DNA of 64,000 nt from Planctomycetota bacterium (GTDB taxonomy: Bacteria; Planctomycetota; GCA-002687715; CAIWVZ01), in assembly GCA_017853435.1 (NCBI GenBank), contig JAFMJN010000001.1, forward strand, positions 2,603-66,602, in the 5' to 3' direction. The position numbers and the translations under genes are program-made. Positions 30,983 through 40,900 of the stretch are shown in pieces. The notes beneath the pieces are model-generated. The model was given only the letters and a program-made list of their open reading frames with translations. It was not told the DNA's origin and did no database searches. The stretch's first letter is position 1; each line of letters opens with the position of its first letter.

Positions 30983-33130
30983 TCACCAACCCTCGCCGGG
31001 GCCGACGGGGCGATCGTTCATGGCGTCGCGGACGAGCTTCGTGGCGCGCGCTTCGTCCGCGGCCTTCTGCTTCTTCTCGCGATCCGCCTTGCGTTCGGCT
31101 TCCTTGCGGGCGGTTTCCTTGCGCGCCTCGATGTCCTTGTCGGAGTCGGGAGCGTTGAGATCCACCCACGCCTTGTTCTTGAGGTTTTCCCACGTGAACA
31201 CGGCGGAGCCGGGCGTCGTCGGAGCGACGCGCTGTTTGATCTGATCGATGTTGGTCTTCGACGCGGCCCACATCTCGTCGACCGTCGCGGCGCGGCGCGC
31301 CTCGAGCAGCGGGACCGCCGAAGCGCCCCACGCCGTTTCGAGTTGCAGCATGCCGATGCGGCCTTCCTTGAGTTCGGCCAACGCGTTCAGACGCGACGTC
31401 TTGCGCCAGAAGCGGGCGGCGCGCTCGTCGCCGTCGAGTTTGTCGTCGGCGGTGAAGCGGGCGTCGCGGCCGCCGTTCGAGCGGCGGAGCCAACCCGTAT
31501 CGCGGACGTCGACGTTCTGTTCCTTCGCGACCGAAGCGAAAGCTTCGGCCTCGACGGACGCCTTCGCGGCTTCCGACGCTTCTTCCTGCTTCTTCTTCTC
31601 TTCGTTTTCGATTTCGAGAATGGCGACGCCGTCCGACGCCTTGTCGCGGGACAGGTTCTTTTCCTTGATGCGGTTCTCGATCGCGGCGACGCGGCCCTTC
31701 TCGAGATCCTCGAGCTTCGACTTCAGCTTTTCGGCGACGCGATCGTCGACGGCCTTACGGAAGGCTTCGGCCTTGGTCTGCGCCATTTCGCCGGCCTTCT
31801 TGGCCTTCCAGGCGTCAACGACCTTCGTCAGAACACCTTCGTCGTCGAGGGTCGGCTCGCGTTCGGCGTTGAAGGCCGTGACCTTCCACACCGCGACGTT
31901 CGAACCCGGCTCTTCGACCGCGCCCTTGCAGGCGTAGGCGTCCGAGAAGACGGCGTCGAGAACGGCGGGCGGGGTCAACTTGCCTTCACGGATCTGCTGG
32001 AACACCTGCAGTGCCGCGTTGGACGAGGGGAAGTCCGGGTGCTGTTGAATCTTGATCGAGTCGAGATTCTTGACGTCGGCGAGGCGGAAGCCGTACTTGT
32101 CGGCGATCGCCTTGCCGTCGCCGCCGCCCTTCCACTCCGCGAACGCCTTTTCGGCGAGCTTCGCGAGGAGGTATTCCTTCTTCACGCGTTCCTTGACGAG
32201 GTCGAATTCCGTCGGGTTGTCCGCGGGCTTCGAATCCGTCGTGGTCTGACGCGCCTTGGCGGCCGCTTCGGCGAACTTCGCGTAGGACTCGGGGAACGCG
32301 TTGTAGCGGATCTTCGCCTGCTCGTCGGTGACCGAGAGACCGGCCGCCGCGACCATCGCCGCCCACGTGTCCTTCCACGCCTTCTCGAGCGCGGCGTCGT
32401 CCATATCCGCGGTGCGGACGTACATCACCTGACCGTCGATTCGATCCGGAACGCGATTCGCGGCTTTCAGCGTCGCGTCGTCGGCGAGGTACTTCGCGAG
32501 CGTCGCTCGATCTTCCGCGTTCGCCGGATCGACCTTGACGTCGTCCTTCGAAATGCTGAACCACGCGAACTTCGCGCGCAGGCTTTCGTAGTCCTGCTTG
32601 AAGCGTTCGAACACCTGCTCGTAGGTGGCCGAGGGACGCGCGCGATCGGAGAGCGTACGGAACGTGCGGATCGCGGTGAGGTCGCGGTAGAGCTCGCGGA
32701 CCGTCTCGGGGCTGCGCTTATAGAGATTGACGTCGACCTGATCGGCACCCGGTTGCGCGGCGCGCGCTTCGTTGATCGAAGCCACGATCGCGCCGTCGGT
32801 CGCGATCACGCCCGCTTCCTTCGCGAGCGCCTTGAGGACGAGGTACGACCAGACGACCTGCGGGTCGTCTTCGTACTGCACCTGAATCTGGTTCGCGACC
32901 TGCTGCTTCGAGCGGAGGTTGCGGTCGAGTTCCTGCGCCGTCATGTAGTAGTTCTCGACCGACACCGTGACCGGTTCGCCGTTCGGGAGCTTGAACGTGC
33001 CCATGTCGCCGGTCGGTCCGCTTGAACCGCGCATGCTGTCGCTCAGCGTGGCCCATGCACCGAGGCCACCCAAGGAAATGACGCAGAACCAGAGAATCGG
33101 CGCCTGGTAGCGCTTCATGAAGTCGAACAT
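30983..33130 (-). CDS. Membrane-anchored periplasmic chaperone-like protein (PpiD/SurA-N-like) with a long acidic, Lys-rich C-terminal region.
   Basis: ATG at 33130 preceded by GGAGA. N-terminal anchor (MFDFMKRYQAPILWFCVISLGGLGAWA). A SurA-N-like helical region follows. No clear parvulin signature. The C-terminus has a KEKNLSRDK...EEKKKQEEASEAAKA low-complexity region. Confidence 0.45.
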   Translation of the reverse strand: MFDFMKRYQAPILWFCVISLGGLGAWATLSDSMRGSSGPTGDMGTFKLPNGEPVTVSVENYYMTAQELDRNLRSKQQVANQIQVQYEDDPQVVWSYLVLKALAKEAGVIATDGAIVASINEARAAQPGADQVDVNLYKRSPETVRELYRDLTAIRTFRTLSDRARPSATYEQVFERFKQDYESLRAKFAWFSISKDDVKVDPANAEDRATLAKYLADDATLKAANRVPDRIDGQVMYVRTADMDDAALEKAWKDTWAAMVAAAGLSVTDEQAKIRYNAFPESYAKFAEAAAKARQTTTDSKPADNPTEFDLVKERVKKEYLLAKLAEKAFAEWKGGGDGKAIADKYGFRLADVKNLDSIKIQQHPDFPSSNAALQVFQQIREGKLTPPAVLDAVFSDAYACKGAVEEPGSNVAVWKVTAFNAEREPTLDDEGVLTKVVDAWKAKKAGEMAQTKAEAFRKAVDDRVAEKLKSKLEDLEKGRVAAIENRIKEKNLSRDKASDGVAILEIENEEKKKQEEASEAAKASVEAEAFASVAKEQNVDVRDTGWLRRSNGGRDARFTADDKLDGDERAARFWRKTSRLNALAELKEGRIGMLQLETAWGASAVPLLEARRAATVDEMWAASKTNIDQIKQRVAPTTPGSAVFTWENLKNKAWVDLNAPDSDKDIEARKETARKEAERKADREKKQKAADEARATKLVRDAMNDRPVGPGEGW

Positions 33131-33251
33131 CAAAATGTCTCCGCGGTGCGGAAGCAAACCCCTGTCGCGCAGGAAGATGGCACACCATCCTCGGTCCACG
33201 CGGGGAGGGGAATGTTAGGAGATGGGACGTCGGGGTTCAAACCGCCGCACG

Positions 33252-33833
33252 TTACGACGGTTCACCTCTTGCGAGGCGCTTGAGATCCTCGACTCCCGGT
33301 AGATCTTCGACAGATTTCAGGCCGAACTGACGCAAAAACTGGCGGGTGGTTCCGTATTGGAACGGGGCGCCGGGGATATCGGCCCTCCCGACGGTCCGGA
33401 CGAGGCCTCGATCCATGAGGGTGCGGACGTGTTGCCCGGACTGGGCGCCGCGCAAAGCATCGAGTTCCGCGCGGGTAATCGGCTGCTTGTAGGCCACGAC
33501 GGCGAGGGTTTCGATGGCCGCGGGAGTCAAACGTTCCTCGATCCGCACCTTTGCGACGCGCGACACCCACGGGAAAAGGTTCTCCCGCGTGAGGAATTGC
33601 CACCCGCCCGCCACCTGAGCGAGCACCACCCCGCGGGGCGCGCCGTTCGTGGCTTCCGCAAGCCTATTCAGCGCGTCGAGGAGGTCGGTCACGCTCGTAT
33701 CTTCACCGAGGATGCGGTGCAACTGGGCGAGACTGACCGGTTCCGGCGACGCGAAGAGGATGCCCTCCACGATCGGGACGAGGTCGTTCGCATCGGAGCC
33801 CATAGGGCCCGCGGGGCTGTTGGTGTCGGTCAT
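33252..33833 (-). CDS. scpB: Segregation and condensation protein B.
   Basis: LVPIVEGILFASPEPVSLAQL...ETLAVVAYKQPITRAELDALRG winged-helix repeats. ATG at 33833. Confidence 0.8.
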   Translation of the reverse strand: MTDTNSPAGPMGSDANDLVPIVEGILFASPEPVSLAQLHRILGEDTSVTDLLDALNRLAEATNGAPRGVVLAQVAGGWQFLTRENLFPWVSRVAKVRIEERLTPAAIETLAVVAYKQPITRAELDALRGAQSGQHVRTLMDRGLVRTVGRADIPGAPFQYGTTRQFLRQFGLKSVEDLPGVEDLKRLARGEPS

Positions 33834-33856
33834 GGAAATCGTCTGCCGGAAACGCC

Positions 33857-34852
33857 TCAGAGCGTACCGTCGATCCAAAGGTTGTAAAGGCGTTCGATCC
33901 GGAGGTTCCACGCGAGGAATTCGAGCGTGCCGACCGGTTCCGTGACGAGGCCGGCTTCGATTTCCCCCGAAACCTCGACCCAAGAGGCCGTTCGGGGCGG
34001 AATCCGGCGCAAAAGACGCACGATCTCGAATCGACGACGCCCGGAGCCGTCGTCGACCGAGAGGATTCCCGTGCGCTCGCCGGGAGCGAGGGCGAACGCC
34101 CGATCGGCGACCGCCGGTGCCAGGCTTTCACGGGCGACCGGGGGCATCCGCCCCCCCGCCCGAGCGGTTTCGTGGGTCGAATACTTCATCGCCAACGCGG
34201 CCATGTCGGCGCCCGCGTCAAGTTTCGCGGCGACTTCCTTCGCCGTCGCTTCGTCGTCGACGAGGATGATCTGCAATTCGACGCGATCCGCGCGCAACCC
34301 GTCATAGCGGACGACGCGGGAGAGTTTCCATCGCTCCACGAGATCGTCGCGGCGCGCGGCCTTCCAGTCGTCGAGCGACTGCCGATATTCGAGGCGCACG
34401 AAGGATTCCGGCGTCGCCCCTTTTCCGTAGGCCTTGAGGGCCCGCAGCGCGAGATCCTCGACCGCCTTCGCGAGTTGCGCGTCGACCACGTCTTCGGGGA
34501 CCTTCAAGCCGTGCTTGCGGACTTCCTGCTCCACCACTTCCCGAACGACGAGTTGATTCAGCGCGGCGAACGCTTGTTGGCGAAGCGTCGCGCCCGGGGC
34601 CCCGGCGGACTGGGTTCTGAAGAGATGTCGGACGACGTCGTCGCCGGTGAAGACCCGATCTCCCACGCGCGCCACGGGTCGACCGCCGGCCGTCGCGACC
34701 GGAGTCGCCGACGCGGGTGCCGGAGGCGCCGGGAGAACTTCGACGGACGAAGCCCCCGCGACGACGGGCGTCGGCGGCGGCAACGGGCGCTGCGGCGTGC
34801 ATGCCGCAAGCATGCACGCGAGTAGAAGCCCCGAGGGGCGGAATCCCCTCAC
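33857..34852 (-). CDS. Lipoprotein with a parvulin/SurA-like PPIase-type domain (possibly degenerate). Last gene of the pseudopilin operon.
   Basis: GTG at 34852 overlaps the upstream stop (GTGA). Lipobox LLLACMLAAC. RVELQIILVDDEATAKEVAAKLDAGADMAALAMKYS resembles a PpiC-type PPIase domain. Confidence 0.45.
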   Translation of the reverse strand: MRGFRPSGLLLACMLAACTPQRPLPPPTPVVAGASSVEVLPAPPAPASATPVATAGGRPVARVGDRVFTGDDVVRHLFRTQSAGAPGATLRQQAFAALNQLVVREVVEQEVRKHGLKVPEDVVDAQLAKAVEDLALRALKAYGKGATPESFVRLEYRQSLDDWKAARRDDLVERWKLSRVVRYDGLRADRVELQIILVDDEATAKEVAAKLDAGADMAALAMKYSTHETARAGGRMPPVARESLAPAVADRAFALAPGERTGILSVDDGSGRRRFEIVRLLRRIPPRTASWVEVSGEIEAGLVTEPVGTLEFLAWNLRIERLYNLWIDGTL

Positions 34853-36294
34853 TTGTACGAGACGCCGCGATCGCGCATGTGACCTTGGCAACGCGGGCAC
34901 ACCGCGCGAAGGACGTCGCCCTGCGAGCCGGAGAACTGGATGTAGCCCTTCGCGCCGCAGCGTTCGCAGTCTTCCCACTTCTCGCCCGTGACTTCGACCT
35001 TCTTCGCGTTTTCCGCCCAGAACGCCATCATCCACTGCTCGCGCTCGGACGACTGGGAACGGGTCCACCATTCCTCCTTGGTCGGAGGCTTCGGCAGACG
35101 ATCCTGAGGCGGGGCGGCTTGCTGGCCGTTGCGACCCTGCTGACGCGCTTGTTGCGCGTAGGCCTGCGCCATCGCGCGCTGCATCTCCGCTTGGAGTTGC
35201 TGCGCCTGCTTCGCGACGCCGAGGATGACGAACGACCCGGATCCGTACATCGCGAATCGGGTGGCATGCCACCGGCGATCCTCCCACATCTTCTCGACCT
35301 CGTTCTTCGGGTCGAGTTTGTGGCGCGCGGCGAGGTCGGCCACGACTTCCTTGTGGATTTCGGAGCGGAGCTTCCGGCGTGCTTCGTCGAGCGTCAGTTT
35401 CTCGTCGCGGGAGAGCGCGCGGATCTTGTTCTTCAGGACGAGGTCGTATTCGTTCGCGACGATGCGACGGAAGTACTCGTAGCGCTTCTTGGCGAAGGAC
35501 TCTCGATAGGTCGTGATCTCGGCGCGAATACCGGCGGGAACGTCGGGCAGCTTTTCGATCTCGTCGAGGGCGGCGACCGCCTTGTCGAATTGATTCAACA
35601 TCGCCTGTTGGCGGGCGCGGTCGAGTTCGTCGCGGAGCACCTTGTTCTTCGCCAACGCCTCGAGCCGTTCGAGCGTGTTGGCGATCCAATCCTTTTGAAA
35701 CTCGGCGTCGGCGGCCCGAACCTTGAGCAGATGACCGACCGCCTGCTCGTAAAGCCCCAGGGCGTCGGCGAGGCGGGCGAGATCCATGTGGGCGGCGACG
35801 TCGTCGTCGGTCGCTGCGGCTTCGGCTTCGCGCTTCGCGAAGTAGTCGGCCGACTTCCAAATCGCCGTCACGGGCACCTGCGTCTGTTCGATCCCGTCCT
35901 TCACGATGTTGGCTCGCGGGATCACCTGCTTCGTGCCCGCGACCATGACCGACAATTCCTTGTCGTTCTGCGCGTCGATGCGACCGACGACCTCGTCGCC
36001 GGTCTTGAGCGTGATCCGAACGCCCGGCTCGGAGGGAATCCGACTCGATTCATCCTCCTTCAATCCGCGCGCGATCATGATCCGGTTGCGATCCGCCTCC
36101 CGAATCAACGACCACGGAACGAACACCGTGCCGCCGCCGTCGAGGAGCTTGACGCGAAGGCCGCGATCGTTCGCCTCGAGAATGCTGACGTGCAGGTAGC
36201 GTCCGTCGACGAGCACGAGATCCTCGGCGTGGAGCCACGCCGGGCAGAGGACGAGGACGAGAAGGGCGAGTAGACGGCGCATGGCTGTCTCCAT
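34849..36294 (-). CDS. Secreted protein with helical repeats and a C-terminal CxxC...CxxC zinc-ribbon-like motif.
   Basis: Signal peptide MRRLLALLVLVLCPAWLHAED. C-terminus CERCGAKGYIQFSGSQGDVLRAVCPRCQGHM. The ATG overlaps the pseudopilin stop by 1 nt (TAATG). Confidence 0.45.
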   Translation of the reverse strand: METAMRRLLALLVLVLCPAWLHAEDLVLVDGRYLHVSILEANDRGLRVKLLDGGGTVFVPWSLIREADRNRIMIARGLKEDESSRIPSEPGVRITLKTGDEVVGRIDAQNDKELSVMVAGTKQVIPRANIVKDGIEQTQVPVTAIWKSADYFAKREAEAAATDDDVAAHMDLARLADALGLYEQAVGHLLKVRAADAEFQKDWIANTLERLEALAKNKVLRDELDRARQQAMLNQFDKAVAALDEIEKLPDVPAGIRAEITTYRESFAKKRYEYFRRIVANEYDLVLKNKIRALSRDEKLTLDEARRKLRSEIHKEVVADLAARHKLDPKNEVEKMWEDRRWHATRFAMYGSGSFVILGVAKQAQQLQAEMQRAMAQAYAQQARQQGRNGQQAAPPQDRLPKPPTKEEWWTRSQSSEREQWMMAFWAENAKKVEVTGEKWEDCERCGAKGYIQFSGSQGDVLRAVCPRCQGHMRDRGVSYK

Positions 36295-36746
36295 TATTGC
36301 GGCCTTCCGGTGCGACCCCGGAGGATGGCCTGATTATCCGACGGCAGCGCGATCGGAAGGTAACCGAATTCGTAGGTGCGTTCGCCGCCCGGAGCGGGAA
36401 CGACGAGGGTGACGCGGGCCAACACTTCCCGACCGGCATCGTCGCCGGGAACCGACTCGAAGAGGTAACGGCACTTCCAGCGGTTCGACCCGCCGAGACC
36501 GAACTCCCCGTCCCCCCGGCTCTTGCCGCCCTTCGAGCCGCTCGCGACCCGCGCGGCGGCCTCGTTCGAAATACGCTCCACGGCCTCGGGCAAGAGCAAC
36601 GCGGCATCCATGCGTTCCGCCGCCTCCGCTTCGAGATCGAGGGCTCCGGAAAACAGGGCGATGACTCCCGACATCCCGATGACCAAAAGTCCCATGGCCA
36701 CGAGGATTTCGACGAGCGTGAATCCTTTTTCGCCGCGACGGGTCAT
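36294..36746 (-). CDS. Prepilin-type N-terminal cleavage/methylation-domain protein (minor pseudopilin).
   Basis: KGFTLVEILVAMGLLVIGMSGV class III signal motif at the N-terminus. ATG at 36746. 4-nt overlap with the upstream gene. Confidence 0.7.
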   Translation of the reverse strand: MTRRGEKGFTLVEILVAMGLLVIGMSGVIALFSGALDLEAEAAERMDAALLLPEAVERISNEAAARVASGSKGGKSRGDGEFGLGGSNRWKCRYLFESVPGDDAGREVLARVTLVVPAPGGERTYEFGYLPIALPSDNQAILRGRTGRPQ

Positions 36747-37912
36747 CGGGTGGTCTCCGTGTAGTCGGCGCGTCCGGTCGGCGGGCGCACGGTCAGACGG
36801 TAGGTCTTTCCGACATTGACGGCCGTGCCGGGCGCGTGCTCCCCGACCTCCGAACGCCGGCGACCGCGGGCGACGCGCGCACCGCCCGCCACCACGTCGT
36901 CGACCTCGCACCATTCTCCGCCGACGGACACCAAGCGATCGCGGTCGCCGAGACGCGGGAGACGTCCCGGTTCATCGACGACGAGTTCACGTTCGCCGGG
37001 GCGCAACGGACGCACGAGGCGGGCCTCGGGGCGTCCCGGGGTCCCGATGGTCAACGTGATGCCGAGACGTCGAGGGAAGACGTCGTCCCGCTCGTCCGCG
37101 AGCGACGCGGGCCCGCGCGCGAGCGCGAACTGCTCGGGCGGCAAGAGGGCGCGCGTGGAATCCCACGTCTCGCGACCCGAGGCGTTCGGCGGAGCGTCGA
37201 GCAAGGCGGCTTCGTCTTCGATCGACGGAACCGAGTCGCCCGCATAGACCCGGAGGAGCAGCACGCCGGTGACGACGGGCGAGAGATTGCGGCGGACCCA
37301 AGCGGCGTCGGCGCCCGCCGGGGCGTCGTCTCCGAAGAAACCGCCCTGCGCGAGCGCGGGCGTCCGCACGCCGCGCCACAAGGTCAACACGCCCGGAGGA
37401 TCGACGTCCTCCTGCGTCAACGCCCAGCAGACTTCCATGAGGCCCGCCGGGGGCGCGAGTTGCTCGCGCGCGCCGGTCCCCGGATCTCCGCCGGTCCACG
37501 CCGCCTCGGGTTTTCCGATTTCAGGAAGCCCTCGGGCGGAACCGTCGGTCGGCTGGGACTCCGGAGTCGGGACGGGTGCCGGGCGCGCGCCGGCCGAGCG
37601 CAGCACGGGATGCTCCGACTCGCCCTGCGGAAGAGCCCGCACCAAGCGGATCATCGATTGCGGTCCGCCGCCGACGCGCGTCGCCGAGACGACGAAACGC
37701 CCGCCGGCCCCCGTGTGGATATTCGCGAGATCGTCTTCGAGAAGACCGAGCACGGTCGATGCGGACGCGAGATGCTGCCCGCTGCGTTCACCCGCGTGAT
37801 AGAGGTCGAACGAGTTCCTCATCAACTGGACGAGGAGCGTCCCGAGCGTCCCGAGCAGCGCCATCGCGGCCAGCAATTCGACGAGAGAAAGCCCCGAGGT
37901 GCGGCGACTCAT
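36743..37912 (-). CDS. Prepilin-type N-terminal domain protein (large minor pseudopilin, 389 aa).
   Basis: GLSLVELLAAMALLGTLGTLLVQL at the N-terminus. ATG at 37912 overlaps the upstream gene by 4 nt. Confidence 0.6.
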   Translation of the reverse strand: MSRRTSGLSLVELLAAMALLGTLGTLLVQLMRNSFDLYHAGERSGQHLASASTVLGLLEDDLANIHTGAGGRFVVSATRVGGGPQSMIRLVRALPQGESEHPVLRSAGARPAPVPTPESQPTDGSARGLPEIGKPEAAWTGGDPGTGAREQLAPPAGLMEVCWALTQEDVDPPGVLTLWRGVRTPALAQGGFFGDDAPAGADAAWVRRNLSPVVTGVLLLRVYAGDSVPSIEDEAALLDAPPNASGRETWDSTRALLPPEQFALARGPASLADERDDVFPRRLGITLTIGTPGRPEARLVRPLRPGERELVVDEPGRLPRLGDRDRLVSVGGEWCEVDDVVAGGARVARGRRRSEVGEHAPGTAVNVGKTYRLTVRPPTGRADYTETTR

Positions 37913-40900
37913 CGACGTTCCTCCCGGGTCAACGTGCGCGTTTCGTCCATCCAGAGGACTTCGACTTTTTCCAGGATCGGCGACATCTTCCATTCGTGAC
38001 GCGCCAGATTGACCGGATCGAAACACCCGGATTCGAACGAGACTCCGAAGCGCACGTCGAAACCGTCGCCGTGGGCTCGGATGGCGTGCGGCTGTTTCCC
38101 GTCGGCCGCGGGATCGTCGAACCGCATCACGTACGGAGCGACCGCTCCCGGACCCGCCCACGGCGCATCACGGCGGAGACGCACCGTCGCCGTGAGACGC
38201 ACGCTGCGCGAGGGGCTTTGTTCCTCCCAGCGGAATCCGTCGAACCATGCGCCGTCGAGCGGCAACGAGAATCCGTACCACGCGAGTTCCGGACTATCGT
38301 TGTCCCGCGAACCGCGATCCCAATGGCGGAACGGCATTTCGAGGACGATGGCTTCCGCGTCGTGGGCACGGGTGACGGTGCCGAATCGACCGCGGAAGAG
38401 TCCGCCCGCACGCTCGCCCTTTTCGTCGAGGCGCGGCGGCATCGTCAGCGTGTTTTGGTTGCGAGCGGCCGAATAGTGGATGAGTTCTTCGTCCACGAGA
38501 ACGAGCCCGCCGTTCGCGACGAAATCGCCGGTGGAGGCGAGATTCAGGTCCGTGGCGTCCGCCGCGAGCGGCCCCTGAAGCATCGAGACGGGGACGAAGT
38601 CGAGGAAGACCGCGGAGGTTCCCCAACCGTGCTTCTGCGGAGTCGTATTCATGAAGCCGCGGATGCAGCGCAGGAGCGCCGGTCCGCCGCCCTTCCCCGT
38701 CCCGATCTGGCGATACGCGATGATCTCGTCGCCGACCTGGACGAGACCCGCGTCGTTTTCGGGGAGAACCGACTGCAGGGGTTCGTCGGCGAGAACCTTG
38801 GTGCCGTCCGGGAGCGTCGCATAAAGTGGCGGCTGTTGCGCGAAGCCTTCGCGCAGGACCCACACCGTGCGACACAAGGGAATCTCGTCGGTCGACTCGT
38901 CGATTCCCTGAACTTGCGTGACGGACGCGCCTCCCGACGTGTTGCTCGTCGACGACGCGTTGAGTCCCATCGTCGCGTGATCCCAAACGATGAAACGCTC
39001 GTCGGTGGTCGGAGCGATACGGACTTCGTCGAGGCGCCCCGACAGCGGCGACAACGCCCCCGACGTGCCCTGTCCCCCCGCCGCCGCCAACGCACCGTTT
39101 CCGCGGATACGCGGAAGTTCGCCGGAGGGGAACTTGAGGAGACGCGTGTAGGTCTCGCGCGACGGGTCCTCGACGGGAACTTGTCGCACGGTGAATTCCT
39201 GACCGCCGGTCGCGAAAGCCGCGAGCCCGATCGAGGGATTACCGTTGACCGCTTCGGGGATATTCGCCGACCACGCGACGTCGAAACGACGACGAATGCC
39301 GCCCCCCGATGATTCGACGGTGACGGAGTCCCCCCAACCGGGTCCGGGCATCGACGGCACCGGAACCGAAGTCGGCTGCCCCGGCTGCGGATTCGTGACG
39401 GGAATCGTCCCGATACCGGGGAACATCGGGACGCGGAACACCGGGGCGACTTCCTCGTTGGATCCGTGGATCGCGGCACCTGCCGCAAGCAGGTTGTCGT
39501 AGCCGAAGATCGTGGTTCCACCCTGCGAGCGGGACCGCAACGCTTGATTCACGAGCAACGGGGCCGCGGGCGTCGGATTCGTGATCGACTCGAGAAGCCG
39601 CTGCACGGCGTTGTCGAGGCGCGGGCCGTCGGCGTTCACGAGAAGGTTGCGCCCCGTGTCGCGGTAGGTGTACCGGATCCACTCGACCTTGTGCTGCTGA
39701 ATGTCGGAGAAGTTCGGGACCCCGACGGAAACGAACTCGGGGTTGATCCCGTTTTGTCCTTGGCGCGGCTCGAAGTAGCTCGAGACGTTCGTGACTCCGA
39801 TCGAAAGCGGAATGACCCGGCACAGGGTCGGAACGTTCGCCGCCGAGCCTTGACCGGCACGCTTCACCCAGTGCTTTTGACGCGTTTGGGAAATGACCAA
39901 GTTGCCGCCGACCTGCCCCGTGATGGGGTTGTCGGTCGGCGAGGAAAGTCCGAGAAGGGTCGTCCCCGCACGCGACTGGTAGGTCGCGAGTTCGATGACG
40001 GTCGGGGCAAGGCCGCCGAGATTCACGCCGCCGGGCAGCGTCTGACCGGTGATGCTCGAGACGATGAGGACGTAGCCGCCGGTCGGCTGGAAACACGAGA
40101 AATCCGGTACGGATCCCGTCGCGAGCACGAGATCCAGCCGATCGCCGTTCGGCTTCGCGGGGTCGAGGATCTCCATCGTGATCGGAGGAGGTCCGCCCGC
40201 CGGAGCCCCGGGGCCGCCGCCGACGGTCAACGTTTCGACCGCGTTCGACGCGAACGACGCGAGATTGAAGGGGCCCAAATCGGAAGCGAGTTTCCCGCCG
40301 CCCTTCGCGATCGCGACGCCGCCGCGATCCTGCTGCGGGAGGAGCGGCAGCGAATAACCGAACAGTTCGACGCGCTCACCCGCGGCGTGGTCGATCGGGC
40401 TCGTCCCGCGACGCCCGCGGCCGTTGCCGCCTCCGTTCGGGTAGGTGATCACCGAGAACGACGTTCCCGTGCGCTCGAATTCGACGATCTCGCGACCGAC
40501 CCAAGCGGCACCGCGATCAGGCCATCCATCGGCGTCCTCCGTCGTGAACGTCGTATCCGCGCGCGCCATCGAACCGGCGAGACGCGTCGAGTACTTCGCC
40601 TTCCCGCGCTTCATGCCGTCCCACCAAATCGCCACATCGGAGGGTTTCGAGCCCTTGTAGGAAAGGCCCGCGTGGTACCACGTGTCCGACTTCCACACGC
40701 CACCTTCGGGGGTCCATGTGGTTTCGGCGACCTCTTCGATCGTCGCAGCGGGATTCGGCAGCGTGCGATCCGCCACGCGCGCCTTCACGCGACCGTCCGC
40801 GTCGCGCGACAAGGTGATGAACTGATTCGGATCGTCCGACGCCTGCAGGTGGAAGAACGTCGCCTGCGACGGCGCGCCGTCGAAGCGGAACCACCCGTCG

